Assembly: GCA_965222615.1 (NCBI GenBank)
Contig: CBDCUI010000007.1
Span: forward strand, 640,001 to 704,000
Length of the DNA: 64,000 nt
From: Gammaproteobacteria bacterium
Lineage (GTDB): Bacteria > Pseudomonadota > Gammaproteobacteria > UBA4575
Direction: 5' to 3'
Part shown: positions 62,411-64,000 of the stretch, one piece after another
How positions within the stretch are numbered: the first letter of the stretch is position 1
Layout: each line of letters starts with the position of its first letter
Made by a program: the position numbers and the translations under genes
Notes under the pieces: generated by a model
What the model saw: only the letters and a program-made list of their open reading frames with translations
Databases searched by the model: none
What the model was told of the DNA's origin: nothing

Positions 62411-64000
62411 ATGAATTTAGAATATATGAATGATATTGATCCCCAAGAAACACAAGAATGGTTGAATGCATTACATGCTATTTTAGAGCAAGATGGTGGT
62501 GAACGCGCACATTATATTATTGAACAGTTGATACATAGTGCGCGTATTGCAGGGGTTAATCTTCCTTATCGTAATACTACGGCATACGTAAATACCATTC
62601 CGGTAAATGAAGAAGAACGTTTGCCGGGTGATCCAAGAATGGAGCATCGGGTACGCTCGTTGGAGCGTTGGAATGCATTAGCCATGGTAATACGAGCAAA
62701 TAAAAAATATCCTGAACTCGGTGGGCACATTTCTACTTACGCATCTGCTGCTACTTTAATCAGTATTGGCTTTAACCATTTTTTCCGTCCTGCTTCGGCT
62801 GAATTTGCCGGGGACTTGGTTTATTTTCAAGGACACGCGGCACCAGGCGTATATGCACGTGCCTATTTAGAAGGACGTCTGAGCGAAGAGCAGCTACAGC
62901 ATTTTCGTCGCGAAGTTGAAGGTAAAGGCCTATCTTCTTACCCGCATCCATGGTTAATGCCCAACTTTTGGCAGTTTCCTACGGTATCGATGGGCCTTGC
63001 TCCGATTATGGGAATTTACCAAGCGCGATTTATGGAATATTTACATGATCGCGGCCTTATCGATAAGGCAAACCGCAAAGTATGGGTATTCACCGGTGAT
63101 GGAGAAATGGATGAACCCGAGGCTTTAGGTGCCATTTCTTTAGCGGCGCGAGAAGAGTTAGATAATTTAATCTTTGTCATTAACTGTAACTTGCAGCGTC
63201 TGGATGGACCCGTACGTGGCAACGGTAAAATTATTCAAGAACTCGAAGGCGTGTTTCGAGGAGCTGGGTGGAATGTCATCAAAGTGATCTGGGGTGGCAA
63301 TTGGGATCCACTGTTAGCAAGAGACAAAGATGGTATTTTGCGCAAACGTATGGAAGAGGCTTTAGACGGAGATTATCAAAACTATCGAGCTAAAGGCGGT
63401 GCCTATGTGCGCAAACACTTTTTTGGTAAATATCCAGAACTTGAAAAACTTATCGAGAATATTACCGATGATGACATCTGGCGTTTAAATCGGGGCGGCC
63501 ATGACCAACAAAAGATATATGCCGCTTATGCAGCTGCAGTAAAACATATTGGTCAACCTACGGTTATTTTAGCTAAGACAGTGAAAGGTTACGGTTTGGG
63601 TAAAAGTGGAGAGAGTTTGAACATTGCGCATCAGTTAAAAAAGCCGGCCAAAGAATCCTTAATTGCATTTCGAGATCGTTATCGAATTCCAATTGACGAC
63701 GATCAATTAGAAAACGCACCTTTTTATAAACCACCACAAGACAGCGCAGAAATGCGTTACTTGAAAGAATTACGTAGTAACTTAGCCGGTGATATCCCCA
63801 AGCGCAATAGCCCTGAAATTGATTTGCCTATTCCATCACTGGATATTTTTAAAGATTTACTAGTCGGTAGCGACGGTCGTGAATATTCTACAACGATGGC
63901 ATTTGTGAGAGTTTTACTTTCTCTTACTCGTGATAAGGAGTTGGCAAAATACATCGTGCCCATTGTTCCCGATGAAGCGCGCACCTTTGGCATGGAAGGG
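62411..64000 (+). CDS. aceE: Pyruvate dehydrogenase E1, homodimeric type (3' truncated; absent from the ORF track)
   Basis: Read from ATG 62411: MNLEYMNDIDPQETQEWL..., GGHISTYAS, YFQGHAAPG, LSSYPHP, QFPTVSMGL, GDGEMDEPE, NCNLQRLDGPVRGN, PDEARTFGMEG at the window end. Confidence 0.97.
   Translation, partial: MNLEYMNDIDPQETQEWLNALHAILEQDGGERAHYIIEQLIHSARIAGVNLPYRNTTAYVNTIPVNEEERLPGDPRMEHRVRSLERWNALAMVIRANKKYPELGGHISTYASAATLISIGFNHFFRPASAEFAGDLVYFQGHAAPGVYARAYLEGRLSEEQLQHFRREVEGKGLSSYPHPWLMPNFWQFPTVSMGLAPIMGIYQARFMEYLHDRGLIDKANRKVWVFTGDGEMDEPEALGAISLAAREELDNLIFVINCNLQRLDGPVRGNGKIIQELEGVFRGAGWNVIKVIWGGNWDPLLARDKDGILRKRMEEALDGDYQNYRAKGGAYVRKHFFGKYPELEKLIENITDDDIWRLNRGGHDQQKIYAAYAAAVKHIGQPTVILAKTVKGYGLGKSGESLNIAHQLKKPAKESLIAFRDRYRIPIDDDQLENAPFYKPPQDSAEMRYLKELRSNLAGDIPKRNSPEIDLPIPSLDIFKDLLVGSDGREYSTTMAFVRVLLSLTRDKELAKYIVPIVPDEARTFGMEG

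Noticed and set aside
63016-63993. Minus-strand ORFs in the apparently empty last 1.6 kb
   Set aside because: The region is the 5' part of aceE on the plus strand, missed by the track because it has no stop codon in the window.

Overview
Chromosomal segment of a gammaproteobacterium (roughly 40% GC by eye; not placed below class). About 1-42.6 kb is core housekeeping: parA-like, L,D-transpeptidase, ampG, xth/pyrE, argB-algC-dut-coaBC/radC, mscL, bioF-bioB/comF, ompW, ubiA-aroE-hemB-hemF-tsaC-topA-dprA-lysM/def-fmt, ntrYX-like, trkAH, pip, dtd, hisBHAFE-tatABC and gpmI. It is interspersed with small palindromic MITE/REP-like elements and one composite structured repeat at 13.8-14.2 kb. About 42.7-61 kb is more accessory: a Cys-rich porin with a long structured leader, an ExeA-like ATPase/TPR protein with an 84-bp VNTR, and metY. 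The most interesting locus is a divergent pair of operons. Leftward lies a 1610-aa stalked two-CxxCH lipoprotein plus a Tat-exported DUF1501 protein. Rightward lies TlpA thioredoxin, a DUF4266 lipoprotein, a DUF3570 beta-barrel with flavinylation-type motifs, and a signal-less ApbE. A CRP-box-associated candidate sRNA follows, whose loop region is complementary to the ribosome-binding sites of both leftward genes. The window ends with a patatin gene and the 5' part of aceE. No rRNA, tRNA, CRISPR array, transposase or integrase was seen. Family assignments come from recognised motifs and synteny, not from database searches.
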